Notes: generated by a model from the sequence alone, not told the origin. A stretch of 64,000 nt of DNA from Anaerolineaceae bacterium UBA2274 (GCA_002347705.1 DDWY01000017.1:17315-81314), one strand, 5' to 3'. Shown: positions 28,973 through 39,239, counted from the first letter of the stretch. Numbers and translations are program-made.

Positions 28973-29344
28973 TTAGAATTCCAGCCCGCCCTTGCGAGCA
29001 CCTTCGGCCAGAGCTTTCAGACGACCGGTATAAATGTAACCACCACGATCCATGACAACGGTCTTGATGCCTTTGTCCAGGGCTCGCTTGGCAAGCGCCT
29101 CACCAACAAGCAATGCCTGTTCGGATTTGTTCTTGCCCTTCACGACTTCGCGCAGAGCCGCATCCACGCTGGATGCAGAAACCAGAGTTGTGCCGCTGTG
29201 ATCATCAATCACCTGGGCATAGATCTCATTAATACTGCGAAATACGTTCAGACGCGGACGCTCTGGCGTTCCAAAGATCTTCTTACGCACGCGAACGTGA
29301 CGGTGTAAACGAGCAGCGTTTCTTGATTTTTTAGCCATAGTCAT
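28973..29344 (-). CDS. rplR: 50S ribosomal protein L18
   Basis: 123 aa. [20 protein letters not shown] ... [23 protein letters not shown]. Confidence 0.97.
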   Translation of the reverse strand: MTMAKKSRNAARLHRHVRVRKKIFGTPERPRLNVFRSINEIYAQVIDDHSGTTLVSASSVDAALREVVKGKNKSEQALLVGEALAKRALDKGIKTVVMDRGGYIYTGRLKALAEGARKGGLEF

Positions 29345-29350
29345 TTACCT

Positions 29351-29899
29351 CTACTTACCGGTTTTCCCGGCTTTACCAGCTTTGAGCTTGATAATTTCGC
29401 CCTGATAACGGATACCGGTGCCATGATAGCGTTCCGGTGGGCGCAGCTTGCGGATATTCGCAGCCACCTGCCCCACCTGCTGCCGGTCGCGCCCTTTGAT
29501 CTTGATCAGACGGGCTTTTGCGTCCACATCAAAGGTGATGCCCTCTGGAGCGGGGAAATTCACAGGATGTGAAAATCCCAGATTCAACAACAGGTCATTA
29601 CCTTTCAATTCAGCCCGATAACCAACGCCGCTGTATTCCAGCACAATTTCAAAACCTTTGTCGCAGCCAACAACCATGTTGTTGAGCAGGGCGCGCGTGG
29701 TTCCATGCAATGCCCGGATCCGGGGCTGGTCGTTGGGGCGCTCTACTGTGATAACGCCGTCTTCGAGCTTGATTGTAATCTCAGGAGAGAAGGTATCTTC
29801 CAGGACCCCGTTGGGTCCTTTGACTGAAACCTTGTTTCCGTCCATCTTCACTTCCACACCCTTTGGCAGGGTTATGGGTAATTTACCAATTCGCGACAT
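29351..29899 (-). CDS. rplF: 50S ribosomal protein L6
   Basis: Start at internal ATG 29899 (MSRIGKLPITLPKGVEV) with GGAGGAAG upstream, 182 aa. The ORF-track start of 30025 would overlap rpsH. Confidence 0.96.
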   Translation of the reverse strand: MSRIGKLPITLPKGVEVKMDGNKVSVKGPNGVLEDTFSPEITIKLEDGVITVERPNDQPRIRALHGTTRALLNNMVVGCDKGFEIVLEYSGVGYRAELKGNDLLLNLGFSHPVNFPAPEGITFDVDAKARLIKIKGRDRQQVGQVAANIRKLRPPERYHGTGIRYQGEIIKLKAGKAGKTGK

Positions 29900-29910
29900 T
29901 TCTCTTCCTC

Positions 29911-30324
29911 CTACCAAACCTTGCAGAGGATCTCGCCGCCGACGCCAATCTTGCGAGCGCGTTGGCCGGTCATGATACCCTTCGGGGTTGATAAAATCGC
30001 GATACCAATACCAGATAATACCCACGGGATATCATTCTTGGAGGTGTAAACACGGCACCCAGGATGGCTGACGCGCTCCAAACCCGTAATAATCGGGCGG
30101 CGTTGGCGGCGTTCACCGATGTACTTCAGCTTCATGCGCAAAATTTTGTGCGAATCGCTCTTTCCATCAACAACTTCATAACTCTCAAGATAACCCTCTT
30201 CGGTCAGAATGCGGGCAATTTCACTCTTGAGCTTCGAGTTCGGCATGGCTACGGTTGTTTTGCCAACCATGGCAACATTGCGGATTCTCGTCAACATATC
30301 GGCAATTGGATCTGATATCGTCAT
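29911..30324 (-). CDS. rpsH: 30S ribosomal protein S8
   Basis: 137 aa. MTISDPIADMLTRIRNV. Confidence 0.97.
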   Translation of the reverse strand: MTISDPIADMLTRIRNVAMVGKTTVAMPNSKLKSEIARILTEEGYLESYEVVDGKSDSHKILRMKLKYIGERRQRRPIITGLERVSHPGCRVYTSKNDIPWVLSGIGIAILSTPKGIMTGQRARKIGVGGEILCKVW

Positions 30325-30344
30325 TTTAATCCCTCCAGGTCCTT

Positions 30345-30527
30345 TTACCAGGATGATTTAGTCACACCGGGGATTTTTCCCTGGAGTGCTAACTCACGGA
30401 AGCAAATACGGCAAAGACCAAACTTGCGCATATAACCGCGCGGTCTGCCGCACACACGACAGCGATTTACTACGCGGGTTGGATATTTCCGCCGCATTTC
30501 GCGATATTGCATACACTTTTTAGCCAT
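30345..30527 (-). CDS. rpsN: 30S ribosomal protein S14, type Z (zinc-binding)
   Basis: 60 aa. [23 protein letters not shown]. Confidence 0.96.
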   Translation of the reverse strand: MAKKCMQYREMRRKYPTRVVNRCRVCGRPRGYMRKFGLCRICFRELALQGKIPGVTKSSW

Positions 30528-31073
30528 TTAGTTTCCTTTCCTGAAGGGCATGCCGAATTTACTCAGCAATTGCCGGGCATGGTCATCATTTTCAGCAGTT
30601 GTCACAATGCTGATCTCCATGCCGCGCACTTTGTCGATTTTGTCATACTGGATCTCAGGGAAAATCAACTGTTCAGTCAGACCGAGCGTGTAGTTGCCAC
30701 GTCCGTCAAAAGAATCAGCCGATATTCCACGGAAGTCACGCACACGAGGCAGAGCGACGTTGATCAGGCGGTCCAAAAATGCCCACATCTTTTCTCCGCG
30801 CAGCGTAACCTTGACGCCGATTTGACGCCCTTCACGCAGCTTGAAATTTGAAATGGCTTTCTTGGCGGCGATGACAACAGGCTTCTGACCAGTGATGATA
30901 GTCAGATCGTTCACAGCAGCATCCAAAGCCTTGGGGTTGTCCAGCGCTTCGCCGACACCGATATTGACCACCACTTTGCTGATCTTCGGAATCTGCATGA
31001 CGTTTTTCAACCCGAGCTCTTTCAGCAGAGCTGGCGCGATTTCATTCTTATATTGTTCTTGTAGTCTGTTCAT
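30528..31073 (-). CDS. rplE: 50S ribosomal protein L5
   Basis: 181 aa. [39 protein letters not shown]. Confidence 0.97.
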   Translation of the reverse strand: MNRLQEQYKNEIAPALLKELGLKNVMQIPKISKVVVNIGVGEALDNPKALDAAVNDLTIITGQKPVVIAAKKAISNFKLREGRQIGVKVTLRGEKMWAFLDRLINVALPRVRDFRGISADSFDGRGNYTLGLTEQLIFPEIQYDKIDKVRGMEISIVTTAENDDHARQLLSKFGMPFRKGN

Positions 31074-31090
31074 ATCTGCTCACCTACGCC

Positions 31091-31525
31091 TCAGTTACCC
31101 TTGGCGGCTTTCTTCTTGCTTTCAGCTGGTTTTGCCTTGCTCTCAGTCGCTTTTTCGGCTGGTTTTTTGGCAGCAGGTTTTGATTCTGCTTTCTTTTCCG
31201 CTGGCTTCGTTGCGGCTGGTTTTTTAGCGCTGCCGGCTTTTGCCTTGGAGACCTTGCGGACATCCTTGGCTTCTTTTTCCGCTGCGCGATCAACCACAGC
31301 CACGTTGGAGGCATGGATTGGGGCTTCAAACTCACGAATGCCGGCAGGGATTGTCTTGCCCGCAGATTGGGTTTGCTTCTGGTGCTTCTTCACTATATTC
31401 ACGCCCTGCACTACCACACGGTTTTCCTTGGGGAGCACACGGATGACTTCGCCAACCTTATCCTTATCTTCCTCAGCCCCGCGCATAACCCTCACGCGAT
31501 CACCCTTATGTATTTTCATTTTCAT
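31091..31525 (-). CDS. rplX: 50S ribosomal protein L24 with a ~65-aa Lys/Ala/Glu-rich C-terminal tail
   Basis: 144 aa. KOW core [28 protein letters not shown], then the tail [45 protein letters not shown]... Confidence 0.95.
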   Translation of the reverse strand: MKMKIHKGDRVRVMRGAEEDKDKVGEVIRVLPKENRVVVQGVNIVKKHQKQTQSAGKTIPAGIREFEAPIHASNVAVVDRAAEKEAKDVRKVSKAKAGSAKKPAATKPAEKKAESKPAAKKPAEKATESKAKPAESKKKAAKGN

Positions 31526-31546
31526 TTGACACTCCTAATTCATCGA

Positions 31547-31918
31547 CTACAGCACTTCCGGAGCCAATGAAACGATTTTCATATAGCCTTTGTCGCGCAA
31601 TTCGCGGGCAACCGGGCCAAAAATACGGGTGCCGCGTGGGTTGACACCGTCATTGTCCAGGATTACAGCCGCGTTATCGTCAAAACTGATGGTAGAACCA
31701 TCTGGGCGGCGGTAAGGGTGGCTGGTGCGGACGATGACCGCTTTTACAATTTCACTCTTCTTTACTGAAGACTGAGGCGTGGCAACTTTCACTGTTCCAA
31801 CCACAATGTCGCCCACGTAACCGTATCGGCGGCCTGTGCCGCCCACAACCTGGATAACCAGAATTTCACGGGCGCCAGTGTTATCAGCAATAACTAATCG
31901 AGATTCTCGCTGGATCAT
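31547..31918 (-). CDS. rplN: 50S ribosomal protein L14
   Basis: 123 aa. [24 protein letters not shown]. Confidence 0.97.
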   Translation of the reverse strand: MIQRESRLVIADNTGAREILVIQVVGGTGRRYGYVGDIVVGTVKVATPQSSVKKSEIVKAVIVRTSHPYRRPDGSTISFDDNAAVILDNDGVNPRGTRIFGPVARELRDKGYMKIVSLAPEVL

Positions 31919-32430
31919 GCTGCATCCTCTTCCTCGAGCTCTTCCTCGACCTCTTCAGCAGCTTCTTCAGTTTCGGTTAATTCCTCGACCTCTGCAACAG
32001 CCTCTTCGGTTTCGATTAATTCCTCGACCTCTGCAACAGCCTCTTCGGTTTCGACTAATTCCTCGACCTCTTCAACAGCTTCTTCGGTTTCGATTAATTC
32101 CTCGACCTCTTCAACAGCTTCTTCAGTTTCGATTAATTCCACAAGCTCTTCGATGGCCTCAGGTGCTGATTCAACGCCTTCCTGGCGGATTTCGACCTTG
32201 ACGATCTCTGCCACAACCCAACGCACTGTTGCTGAAATCGGAGCTGATTCGACGATCACGACCTTATCGCCCACATTGCAGCCCAATTCATCATGTGCCT
32301 TGTAAGCCTTCGTGCTCCGCACTACTTTGTGGTAAAGCGGATGCTTGTAGGTGCGCGAAACTTCCACAATGACCGTTTTGGTCATCTTATTCGATTTAAC
32401 AACACCCGTTAAACGTCGGCGATTGTTCAT
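31915..32430 (-). CDS. rpsQ: 30S ribosomal protein S17 with an 88-aa acidic C-terminal extension containing five 13-aa tandem repeats
   Basis: 171 aa. Canonical core [34 protein letters not shown]...VRWVV, then ([13 protein letters not shown])x5-like repeats. The stop overlaps the rplN ATG (ATGA). Confidence 0.93.
   Translation of the reverse strand: MNNRRRLTGVVKSNKMTKTVIVEVSRTYKHPLYHKVVRSTKAYKAHDELGCNVGDKVVIVESAPISATVRWVVAEIVKVEIRQEGVESAPEAIEELVELIETEEAVEEVEELIETEEAVEEVEELVETEEAVAEVEELIETEEAVAEVEELTETEEAAEEVEEELEEEDAA
31945..32139 (-). repeat. Five tandem 39-bp repeats inside rpsQ
   Basis: Plus-strand units ctcgacctc(t/tg)..cagc.tcttc.gtttcg.ttaattc start at 31945, 31984, 32023, 32062 and 32101. 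Confidence 0.95.
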
Positions 32431-32636
32431 TTCTTACCTTCCTTCTCCTGGCGGGCGCGCTCATTCAGGATTGTTTCCAATCGGGCAATGTCCCGTCGGG
32501 CAACCTTGAAGCGGCTGGTGTCCGTTAGCTGACCGGTCACGATCTGGAAGCGCAAATTCATGAGCTCCTGCCGGATGTTCAACAGTTTAATATTAATATC
32601 TTCCGTAGAAAGTTCCCTTATTTCTTTGCTGTTCAT
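32427..32636 (-). CDS. rpmC: 50S ribosomal protein L29
   Basis: 69 aa. [28 protein letters not shown]. Confidence 0.95.
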   Translation of the reverse strand: MNSKEIRELSTEDINIKLLNIRQELMNLRFQIVTGQLTDTSRFKVARRDIARLETILNERARQEKEGKK

Positions 32637-33058
32637 GAACCTTCTCCCATTGTTTCTCGGGCTACGATCTTAGTTTTGAAGCCCAACTTATAGCGTGCCC
32701 GGTTCAGTGCTCTGACTGCGGATTCGCCATCAGTTCCACCTACCTCGAACAAAATGCGACCGGGGCGAATTACTGCCACCCAATGATCCACGGCGCCCTT
32801 CCCTTTACCCATACGGGTTTCAGCAGCGCGCTTGGTGTAGGGTTTGTCAGGAAACACACGGATCCAGATTTTTCCGCGGCGCTTCAACTCGTGCACGATT
32901 GCACGGCGGGCAGCCTCGATCTGGCGAGCGGTCATATAACCACAATCCAGTGCCTTCAATCCATAGTCACCGAAGTTTACGTCCACACCGCGTGAAGCTT
33001 TGCCCTTCATGCGGCCGCGCATTTGCTTGCGGTACTTTACTCTCTTTGGCATCAACAT
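32633..33058 (-). CDS. rplP: 50S ribosomal protein L16
   Basis: 141 aa. [24 protein letters not shown]. Confidence 0.97.
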   Translation of the reverse strand: MLMPKRVKYRKQMRGRMKGKASRGVDVNFGDYGLKALDCGYMTARQIEAARRAIVHELKRRGKIWIRVFPDKPYTKRAAETRMGKGKGAVDHWVAVIRPGRILFEVGGTDGESAVRALNRARYKLGFKTKIVARETMGEGS

Positions 33059-33086
33059 AATTTACTTCCTCACTCGTTCCGAATAA

Positions 33087-33764
33087 TTACTCGCTGATAT
33101 AGACACCTTCGGTGGTTTCAACCTTTTCTTCAGGTTGGTTCATGACGATGCCCTTATAAATCCAAACTTTGACGCCAATCTGACCAAAAGTGGTCGTGGC
33201 AGCGGCACGGGCGAAGTCAATATCCGCACGCAGCGTCTGCAGCGGCACGCGCCCTTCACGCAGGGTCACACGGCGAGCCATTTCAGCACCGGACAAACGA
33301 CCGGAAACCGAAATTTTGATCCCGCCTGCGCCCTGGCGTAAAGCCTGTTGGATAGCGCGTTTCATTGCACGGCGGTAGCTGATGCGGCGCTCGAGCTGAC
33401 TGGCAATGTTAGTTGCCACCAGGTAAGCATCGGTATCGGCGGATTTGATCTCTTTTACTTCCAGATCAATCTTCTTGCCCGTCAATGCTTCCAGCTGCTG
33501 ACGCAGAATTTTCACACTCTCGCCTTTGCGACCGATCAGGATGCCGGGTTTGGCTGTGTGCAGGGTGACCTTCACCTTGCCTGGATAGCGTTCGATTTCG
33601 ATATTTGAAACACCAGCGCGTTCGGTTTCCTTTTTCACCAGATCCCGAATTTGCAGATCCTGATGCAGTTGTTCGGTGTAATCCGCACCTTCAGCGTACC
33701 AGCGTCCTAACCAGGGTTTATTGATCCCCAGACGAAATCCGATTGGATGTACTTTACGACCCAT
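33087..33764 (-). CDS. rpsC: 30S ribosomal protein S3
   Basis: 225 aa. [26 protein letters not shown] domain. Confidence 0.97.
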   Translation of the reverse strand: MGRKVHPIGFRLGINKPWLGRWYAEGADYTEQLHQDLQIRDLVKKETERAGVSNIEIERYPGKVKVTLHTAKPGILIGRKGESVKILRQQLEALTGKKIDLEVKEIKSADTDAYLVATNIASQLERRISYRRAMKRAIQQALRQGAGGIKISVSGRLSGAEMARRVTLREGRVPLQTLRADIDFARAAATTTFGQIGVKVWIYKGIVMNQPEEKVETTEGVYISE

Positions 33765-33780
33765 ATCTCACTCCTTACCT

Positions 33781-34134
33781 TTACTCGATCTCGCGTAATA
33801 CGACGGTCACATGCGCACGGCGCTTAAGCAGCGGCTTGAAACGACCACGCGCGCCAAACCTGCGCCACTTGCGGGTGGGAGCTTCGTCAGCGTAGATCTT
33901 GTAAACCACGAGGTCATCGCGGCTAACACCAAAGTTCTCTTCAGCATTGGACATTGCCGAATAAATCAGCTTACGAACCGGGTGGGCTGCCTTCTTAGGG
34001 GTCAGACTCAAGATGTTCAATGCATCCACAACCTTCTTACCGCGGACCAGGTCGATTACCAGGCGGGTCTTCTGAGCAGATTCAGCAAAGTTTGAGAGTT
34101 TTGCAGAAATTTCCTGTGCCATCTTCTTTCTCAC
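33781..34134 (-). CDS. rplV: 50S ribosomal protein L22
   Basis: 117 aa. [24 protein letters not shown]. Confidence 0.96.
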   Translation of the reverse strand: MRKKMAQEISAKLSNFAESAQKTRLVIDLVRGKKVVDALNILSLTPKKAAHPVRKLIYSAMSNAEENFGVSRDDLVVYKIYADEAPTRKWRRFGARGRFKPLLKRRAHVTVVLREIE

Positions 34135-34400
34135 CTTCCCTTTTCAGAGACATGACCGCGGAACCAGCGGGTGGGGGCAAATTCGCCCAGGCGATGGCCA
34201 ACCATGTTCTCAGTAACATAGATCGGAACGTGGCGACGACCGTCATGCACTGCAATCGTATGCCCTACCATCTGGGGGAAGATGGTACTGGCACGGCTCC
34301 AGGTGCGGATGACCTTCTTTTCGCCTTTCTCGTTCATATCTTCAATTCTTTTCAACAGTTTCGGGTCAACGAATGGCCCTTTTTTTAATGATCGCGACAT
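34131..34400 (-). CDS. rpsS: 30S ribosomal protein S19
   Basis: 89 aa. [19 protein letters not shown] ... [17 protein letters not shown]. Confidence 0.97.
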   Translation of the reverse strand: MSRSLKKGPFVDPKLLKRIEDMNEKGEKKVIRTWSRASTIFPQMVGHTIAVHDGRRHVPIYVTENMVGHRLGEFAPTRWFRGHVSEKGR

Positions 34401-34428
34401 CTTAGTTTCCTTTTCTGTCTCTCAACCG

Positions 34429-35268
34429 CTAACGGCGCTTGGCTTTGGAGCGGTGGCGAAGAATCATGTTATCCGTGCGCTTATTTCGGCGGGTCTTATA
34501 ACCAAGGGTCGGCTTACCCCAGGGGGACTTTGGTCCGGGCATGCCGATCGGGCTGCGACCTTCACCACCACCATGCGGATGGTCCCTTGGAGACATCGCA
34601 CTACCGCGAACTTCAGGGCGGAGCCCCATGTGGCGCGCGCGCCCAGCCTTGCCGAGCTTGATATTGCTGTGTTCCACATTACCAACCTGACCGATCGAGG
34701 CACTGCATTCCTGCAGAACTAAACGCACTTCGCCCGAAGGCATACGCACATGCGCATACTTACCTTCTTTTGCGAGCAGTTGCGCGGAGGTTCCAGCAGA
34801 GCGAACCATCTGAGCGCCCTTGCCGGGATGCAGCTCGATCGCGTGGATCGTGGTGCCAACCGGGATATTTGCCAGGGGAAGATTGTTTCCGGGGCGGATT
34901 TCCACGTTTGAACCAGACAGCAGCGTGTCGCCAACTTTGACCCCGATGGGGGCAATGATGTAGCGTTTCTCACCATCAGCGTAGTTCAGCAGCGCCAGGC
35001 GGGCAGTCCGATTGGGATCGTATTCGATCGCGGCGACTTTGGCGGGGATGTTCGTCTTATCCCGTTTGAAGTCCACCAGGCGGATCTGTCGGCGTGCGCC
35101 GCCGCCGCGATGGCGGACAGTGATACGACCAGCAGAGTTTCGCCCGGCGCGTTCCTTTTTCAGAACGATCAGACTGCGCTCGGGACGGGTCTTGGTAATT
35201 TCTTCGAACGTATAGCTGGTTTTATGCCGCTGACCGTTCGTCTTGGGTTTATAAATCTTGACTGCCAT
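34429..35268 (-). CDS. rplB: 50S ribosomal protein L2
   Basis: 279 aa. [15 protein letters not shown] ... [21 protein letters not shown]. Confidence 0.97.
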   Translation of the reverse strand: MAVKIYKPKTNGQRHKTSYTFEEITKTRPERSLIVLKKERAGRNSAGRITVRHRGGGARRQIRLVDFKRDKTNIPAKVAAIEYDPNRTARLALLNYADGEKRYIIAPIGVKVGDTLLSGSNVEIRPGNNLPLANIPVGTTIHAIELHPGKGAQMVRSAGTSAQLLAKEGKYAHVRMPSGEVRLVLQECSASIGQVGNVEHSNIKLGKAGRARHMGLRPEVRGSAMSPRDHPHGGGEGRSPIGMPGPKSPWGKPTLGYKTRRNKRTDNMILRHRSKAKRR

Positions 35269-35573
35269 TAGTCCACTCCTTCAAACACAGGAATGCTCTC
35301 CCCAGGCTTCAGCTTCACAATGGCTTTTTTGTAACCATTTGAACGCAGCGCCAGGCGGCGGGTCCGCGAGTTGCGGTGCGCTTTGGCGGGGAGGTTGATG
35401 ATATTTACACGCACAACGTTGACATCGAAAGCCGTTTCGACGGCGGTCTTAACCTGTTCGCGAGTGGCATAAGATGCAACTTCGAACACATACTGGTTCA
35501 GTTTTCCGGCCAGGTAATTCGACTTTTCGGTCACGACAGGGCGCCGCAGGATATCAAAGACGGTATTACTCAT
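35268..35573 (-). CDS. rplW: 50S ribosomal protein L23
   Basis: 101 aa. [26 protein letters not shown]. Confidence 0.96.
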   Translation of the reverse strand: MSNTVFDILRRPVVTEKSNYLAGKLNQYVFEVASYATREQVKTAVETAFDVNVVRVNIINLPAKAHRNSRTRRLALRSNGYKKAIVKLKPGESIPVFEGVD

Positions 35574-35587
35574 TCTGCTTCACCTTC

Positions 35588-36217
35588 CTATCCCAGATAA
35601 CTCTTGATCACATCGAGTGAAGCAAGTGGGATAATGACTTTCTCACAAGTGAACAAATCGCGAATGTTCAGGTAATTTGCCTGCAGCAGCTTGGCATTGC
35701 TCAAGTTGCGTCCGGATTTGATCAGGTTTGTGTAAGATTCACTCTTATCGGGCACCAAAATCAGCTTGCGCACATCACCAGCCAGAGCTGAGAGCGCTTT
35801 TGCCAGGTCTGCACTGCGGGCTTTTTCCATGCTGAGGGTATCAACCATGATGATCTTGGCATCGTTGGCGGTCACCGTCAGGGCACTGCGCAGAGCCGCG
35901 CGGCGCATCTTCTGGGGCATAGCCTGGGTGTAGTCCCGAGGTTTCGGGGTGTGGATGCGACCACCGCCAACAGACTGGGCAGAATTCATGCTGCCGCGTC
36001 GGGCGCGGCCAGTACCCTTCTGCTTCCAGGGTTTGGCACCGCCGCCACGGACTTCGCCGCGGCGCTTGGTGTTGTGAGTGCCCAGGCGGGCATTCGCCAT
36101 CTGGCGCTGATATGCCTGGTGCATCAGGTCCACATTCACTTTAGCTGCAAAAATTTCATCGGGCAGTTCAACAGTATCCGACTTTTCGCCTTTTAAGTTA
36201 TAAACGTCAACTTTCAT
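35588..36217 (-). CDS. rplD: 50S ribosomal protein L4
   Basis: MKVDVYNLKGEKSDTVELPDEIF ... GGGAKPWKQKGTGRARRGS. ATG 36217 has GGAG 9 nt upstream. The alternative ATG is at 36232. Confidence 0.96.
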   Translation of the reverse strand: MKVDVYNLKGEKSDTVELPDEIFAAKVNVDLMHQAYQRQMANARLGTHNTKRRGEVRGGGAKPWKQKGTGRARRGSMNSAQSVGGGRIHTPKPRDYTQAMPQKMRRAALRSALTVTANDAKIIMVDTLSMEKARSADLAKALSALAGDVRKLILVPDKSESYTNLIKSGRNLSNAKLLQANYLNIRDLFTCEKVIIPLASLDVIKSYLG

Positions 36218-36247
36218 GATAGCTTTCTCCATTCAACCACAAGCGTT

Positions 36248-36880
36248 TTACTGCTTGCGAGCCTCTTTGATTACCACAGTTCCGCCTTTGGCGCCGGGCA
36301 CTGAGCCCTGAACCGCGATCAGATTGCGCTCTGGATCAACCATCGCAACACGGATATGCGAAGAAGTGACCTGAACATTGCCCATATGCCCAGGACGGCG
36401 CTTGCCCTTGTATACACGCCCTGGCGTGGTGCCGGATCCAGAAGAGCCGGGAGAACGCTGGCGGTCAGACTGACCATGGGTGGCAGGTCCACCGTGAAAA
36501 CCATGACGTTTCATGGCGCCGGCAAATCCTTTACCCTTGGAGGTGCCAACAACATCTACGTATTCGCCTGCAGCGAAAACCGACGCGTTCAGTTCGTCAC
36601 CTGGATTGATATCTTCAATTTTCTTTGTGCGGAATTCCCTCAACACGCGCAAGGGAGGGAGATTGTTGGTCTTGAGATGCCCAAGTTGAGCCTTACTCAG
36701 ACGCTTTGGTTTCACTTCTCCAAATGCCAGCTGAACAGCGCTATAGCCGTCAGTCTCGACCTCTTTGACCTGAGAAACAAAACAAGGCCCAGCCTCGATA
36801 AGCGTCACGGGAATTGCGCGCCCGCTATCATCGAAGATCTGGGTCATACCGATCTTTCTTCCAATAAGCCCTTTTAACAT
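36248..36880 (-). CDS. rplC: 50S ribosomal protein L3
   Basis: Start at ATG 36880 (MLKGLIGRKIGMTQIF) with ACAGGAGAA upstream. The ORF-track start of 36925 is a TTG with no SD. Confidence 0.96.
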   Translation of the reverse strand: MLKGLIGRKIGMTQIFDDSGRAIPVTLIEAGPCFVSQVKEVETDGYSAVQLAFGEVKPKRLSKAQLGHLKTNNLPPLRVLREFRTKKIEDINPGDELNASVFAAGEYVDVVGTSKGKGFAGAMKRHGFHGGPATHGQSDRQRSPGSSGSGTTPGRVYKGKRRPGHMGNVQVTSSHIRVAMVDPERNLIAVQGSVPGAKGGTVVIKEARKQ

Positions 36881-37009
36881 ACTATTCTCCTGTTTAGGTT
36901 TTTGCGAGACTGTCAGCCTGGGCAAGCTGCATCATCTCCGCACAATCCAGTCAATGTTCCCTGTGCAGCCTTCTGCCCACGCGGGTAACATTCTTAAATT
37001 GTCACACAA

Positions 37010-37039
37010 ATATAACTACCTCTGAAGGTAGCCCGTCAA
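37010..37039 (-). promoter_or_regulatory. Candidate sigma-70-type promoter for the r-protein cluster (weak call)
   Basis: The minus strand reads TTGACG-18 nt-TTATAT (or 19 nt-TATATT), ~130 nt upstream of the rplC ATG. Pattern match only. Confidence 0.25.
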
Positions 37040-37318
37040 ATATATCACAAGTCCCCGCGGAATGCAAGGGTTTTTGGAATTTGCTTTGGTAATCTCGGAA
37101 ACGAATTGACCAAATTCAGATTCGCAAGAATTCAACGTGCGGCGGTTATTTTATCACGCTTTGGAATTGTTTTCCTGTCATTGGGGGCGCTACTTTGTCA
37201 TTCCGAGGGCAGCAGAGAATCTTAACACCATGAGGAGAAAGATCCTTCGCAAAAGAAGCTCAGGATGACAGTGGTGCGGGTATTTTTTGGTCATTACGGA
37301 TTGCGGAGAGGCGTGCGC

Positions 37319-37476
37319 AATGGTTAGACCGATGTAGGGCGGAGGCCCGCCTCCGCCGCGATATGTCATTGAATAAAATGACGGGGAACAGGCAGGCCAG
37401 TTCCCTACGATGATGGTGGCGAGGTGTGCTCATTGGTGAGACCGATGTAGGGCAGAGGCCTGCCTCCGCCACGATA
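37319..37476. repeat. Two ~44-bp direct repeats, each with a GC hairpin (ggcggagg-cccg-cctccgcc)
   Basis: Copies at ~37319-37362 and ~37433-37476 (..ggt(t/g)agaccgatgtagggc(g/a)gaggcc(c/t)gcctccgcc(g/a)cgata). A related gtagggcggaatgcgc..gcgcactccgcc occurs at 57.21-57.25 kb. Confidence 0.85.
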
Positions 37477-37505
37477 GGGTCTTGATAAAATTAATGAGGA
37501 ACAGG

Positions 37506-37755
37506 CCTACGTGAAAATATATTCAATTTCAACCAGTTCGTGTAGGGGTAACCGCCTCTGGTTGCCCGTTATTGTTAATAACCTGAATCAACACAGCCCT
37601 CAAAAGGAATGTGTTTGATGGATAAAATGTGTAAACAATCACCCCAAACAAAATGTAAACAATCATTGTCTTGACAAAGAGCCTGTCCCTACGTGAAAAT
37701 ATATTCAATTTCAACCGGTTCGTGTAGGGGTAACCGCCTCTGGTTACCCGTTATT
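37506..37755. repeat. Two 68-bp direct repeats (182 bp apart) ending in the family C hairpin
   Basis: cctacgtgaaaatatattcaatttcaacc(a/g)gttcgtgtaggggtaaccgcctctggtt(g/a)cccgttatt at 37506-37573 and 37688-37755. Confidence 0.95.
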
Positions 37756-37788
37756 AAGGCATTGAACAAAACAAAATTTTTTCTTCCG

Positions 37789-37810
37789 GGGCGGGTCTTC
37801 ATACCCGCCC
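37789..37810 (-). terminator. GC-rich hairpin just downstream of the lipoprotein gene (possible terminator)
   Basis: gggcgggt-cttcat-acccgccc, 17 nt after the stop at 37827. The T-run on the minus strand is not immediately adjacent. Confidence 0.35.
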
Positions 37811-37826
37811 TATATTCAGAAACAGT

Positions 37827-39239
37827 CTACTTGTTTATCAAAGGCAACTGCGTGTTCCACGCCTGGGTGGAGAACCAGGTGTCTGAGCAAGCATCCCAGA
37901 CCCCAGACAAGTACATATCGTTGGAGGCGATATTGCCTGAAACCATGGTTTCAGGGCAATTGTCCTCTGAGATTTTGACAGCTGGAGTATAGAACCCTGC
38001 GACATAATGGGATGCAGTTATAAAGTTCGACTCTGCCCATGCCATTACGGGTATCACAAAAGGTGACTTGACACGGTTCTTGACAGCAGTCATCTCCAGA
38101 TCAAATTTAAAGGTTGCTGAACCATCACTGGGTTCCAAGATTACTGAGGTATCAAAAGCATTTGTGTAATAGACCTGAGGAGCGCCAGTCGGAGCAGTAT
38201 TGTCATCCCCTATAAAACTGAGAAACAGGGTGTCATCCAGACCCAGGATTTCCACATCATCAATGATTGAGAAGGTATCCCAGCTGGTAGGTAGATCTAC
38301 CATCACATCTTGTTTATTGCCGCAACCATTCGCCTCACAAGATGACATGTAAATCTGGTCCACCGATCCAGGATGGTATCCGCTGGCAAGTGCAACCCGC
38401 TGAGTTGTGCCATCCTGATAGAAAGACAGGCTAACAGAAATGTCCTGATCTGTATATTCAGATGAAGTGATTACCCAAATCTGGTTCATCTGACCGTCTG
38501 CCAGCGTACTGCGGTTGGAACGAATCTCCAGGCGCTCGGAATACGGTGGCGCACCTCCGGTGGTCCAGTTGTAGTGATAACCTACATGCAGAAAACCATC
38601 GTTATCGATCCCCATTTCCAGGCTATAGAAATATGCGGTTTCAAGACTTGGTTCGATAAACCAGTGGACTCGACCAGACACTATCGGTGTTGGAGCGATA
38701 CGCTTATACCAAAGATCAGCCGTACGCCCTCCTGTGTAGGGCCTGTCATAAACCGCATAGGCGGTACTACCGCGGGCAGTGACCCAGACGTTGCCAGCGG
38801 TTTGTTCTGTGCCATCCAACGGGTCGCAATCATTATCATAGCCTCCAACCGGCGGGTAGAGTGGAATTTGCTGGTAACAGGCAAATTTTTCGGGTCCACC
38901 GCGCTGTTCAACCCAGGTCACATACGCCATCCCATTGTCCAAAACGGCGATATCAGGATTATATTGCTTCCAGTTCGTCCCGGACCCACTCATAACCATG
39001 GTAATCTTGCCTATTGGCCCTGCCTCTCCATAGCGCGTGCGATAGTAGACAATCCGGTCAGCCACGACGCCGGCGATGTGAGAGCGGCCAGCCGCGTCAA
39101 CAGCGATTACCGCATGCTCCACCTGATCTCCATCTGTGATATGGATTTCGGTCGGGGGTGAAAAAGTGGTGGGAACACAGGCACTCAAAATGAGTGTTAA
39201 AAGCAAGAAGAATGTCCAAATGATGGTTTTGCCTTTCAT
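37827..39239 (-). CDS. Hypothetical secreted lipoprotein
   Basis: Start at ATG 39239 with AAGGAGG upstream. MKGKTIIWTFFLLLTLILSAC lipobox. No family recognised. The ORF-track start is 39344. Confidence 0.7.
   Translation of the reverse strand: MKGKTIIWTFFLLLTLILSACVPTTFSPPTEIHITDGDQVEHAVIAVDAAGRSHIAGVVADRIVYYRTRYGEAGPIGKITMVMSGSGTNWKQYNPDIAVLDNGMAYVTWVEQRGGPEKFACYQQIPLYPPVGGYDNDCDPLDGTEQTAGNVWVTARGSTAYAVYDRPYTGGRTADLWYKRIAPTPIVSGRVHWFIEPSLETAYFYSLEMGIDNDGFLHVGYHYNWTTGGAPPYSERLEIRSNRSTLADGQMNQIWVITSSEYTDQDISVSLSFYQDGTTQRVALASGYHPGSVDQIYMSSCEANGCGNKQDVMVDLPTSWDTFSIIDDVEILGLDDTLFLSFIGDDNTAPTGAPQVYYTNAFDTSVILEPSDGSATFKFDLEMTAVKNRVKSPFVIPVMAWAESNFITASHYVAGFYTPAVKISEDNCPETMVSGNIASNDMYLSGVWDACSDTWFSTQAWNTQLPLINK

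Noticed and set aside
31836-32201. Plus-strand ORF with PRPLQQ(L/P)LRFRLI repeats.
   Set aside because: It is the antisense reading of the S17 acidic 39-bp repeats. The S17/L14 genes on the minus strand are unambiguous.
36881-36925. N-terminal extensions given by the ORF track for rplC, rplF, rpsM, feoA, the kinase, the dprA-like gene, the TM2 gene, the lipoproteins and others.
   Set aside because: The track takes the first ATG/GTG/TTG in the open frame. Internal ATGs have SD sequences, match family N-termini or signal peptides, and remove implausible overlaps with upstream genes.
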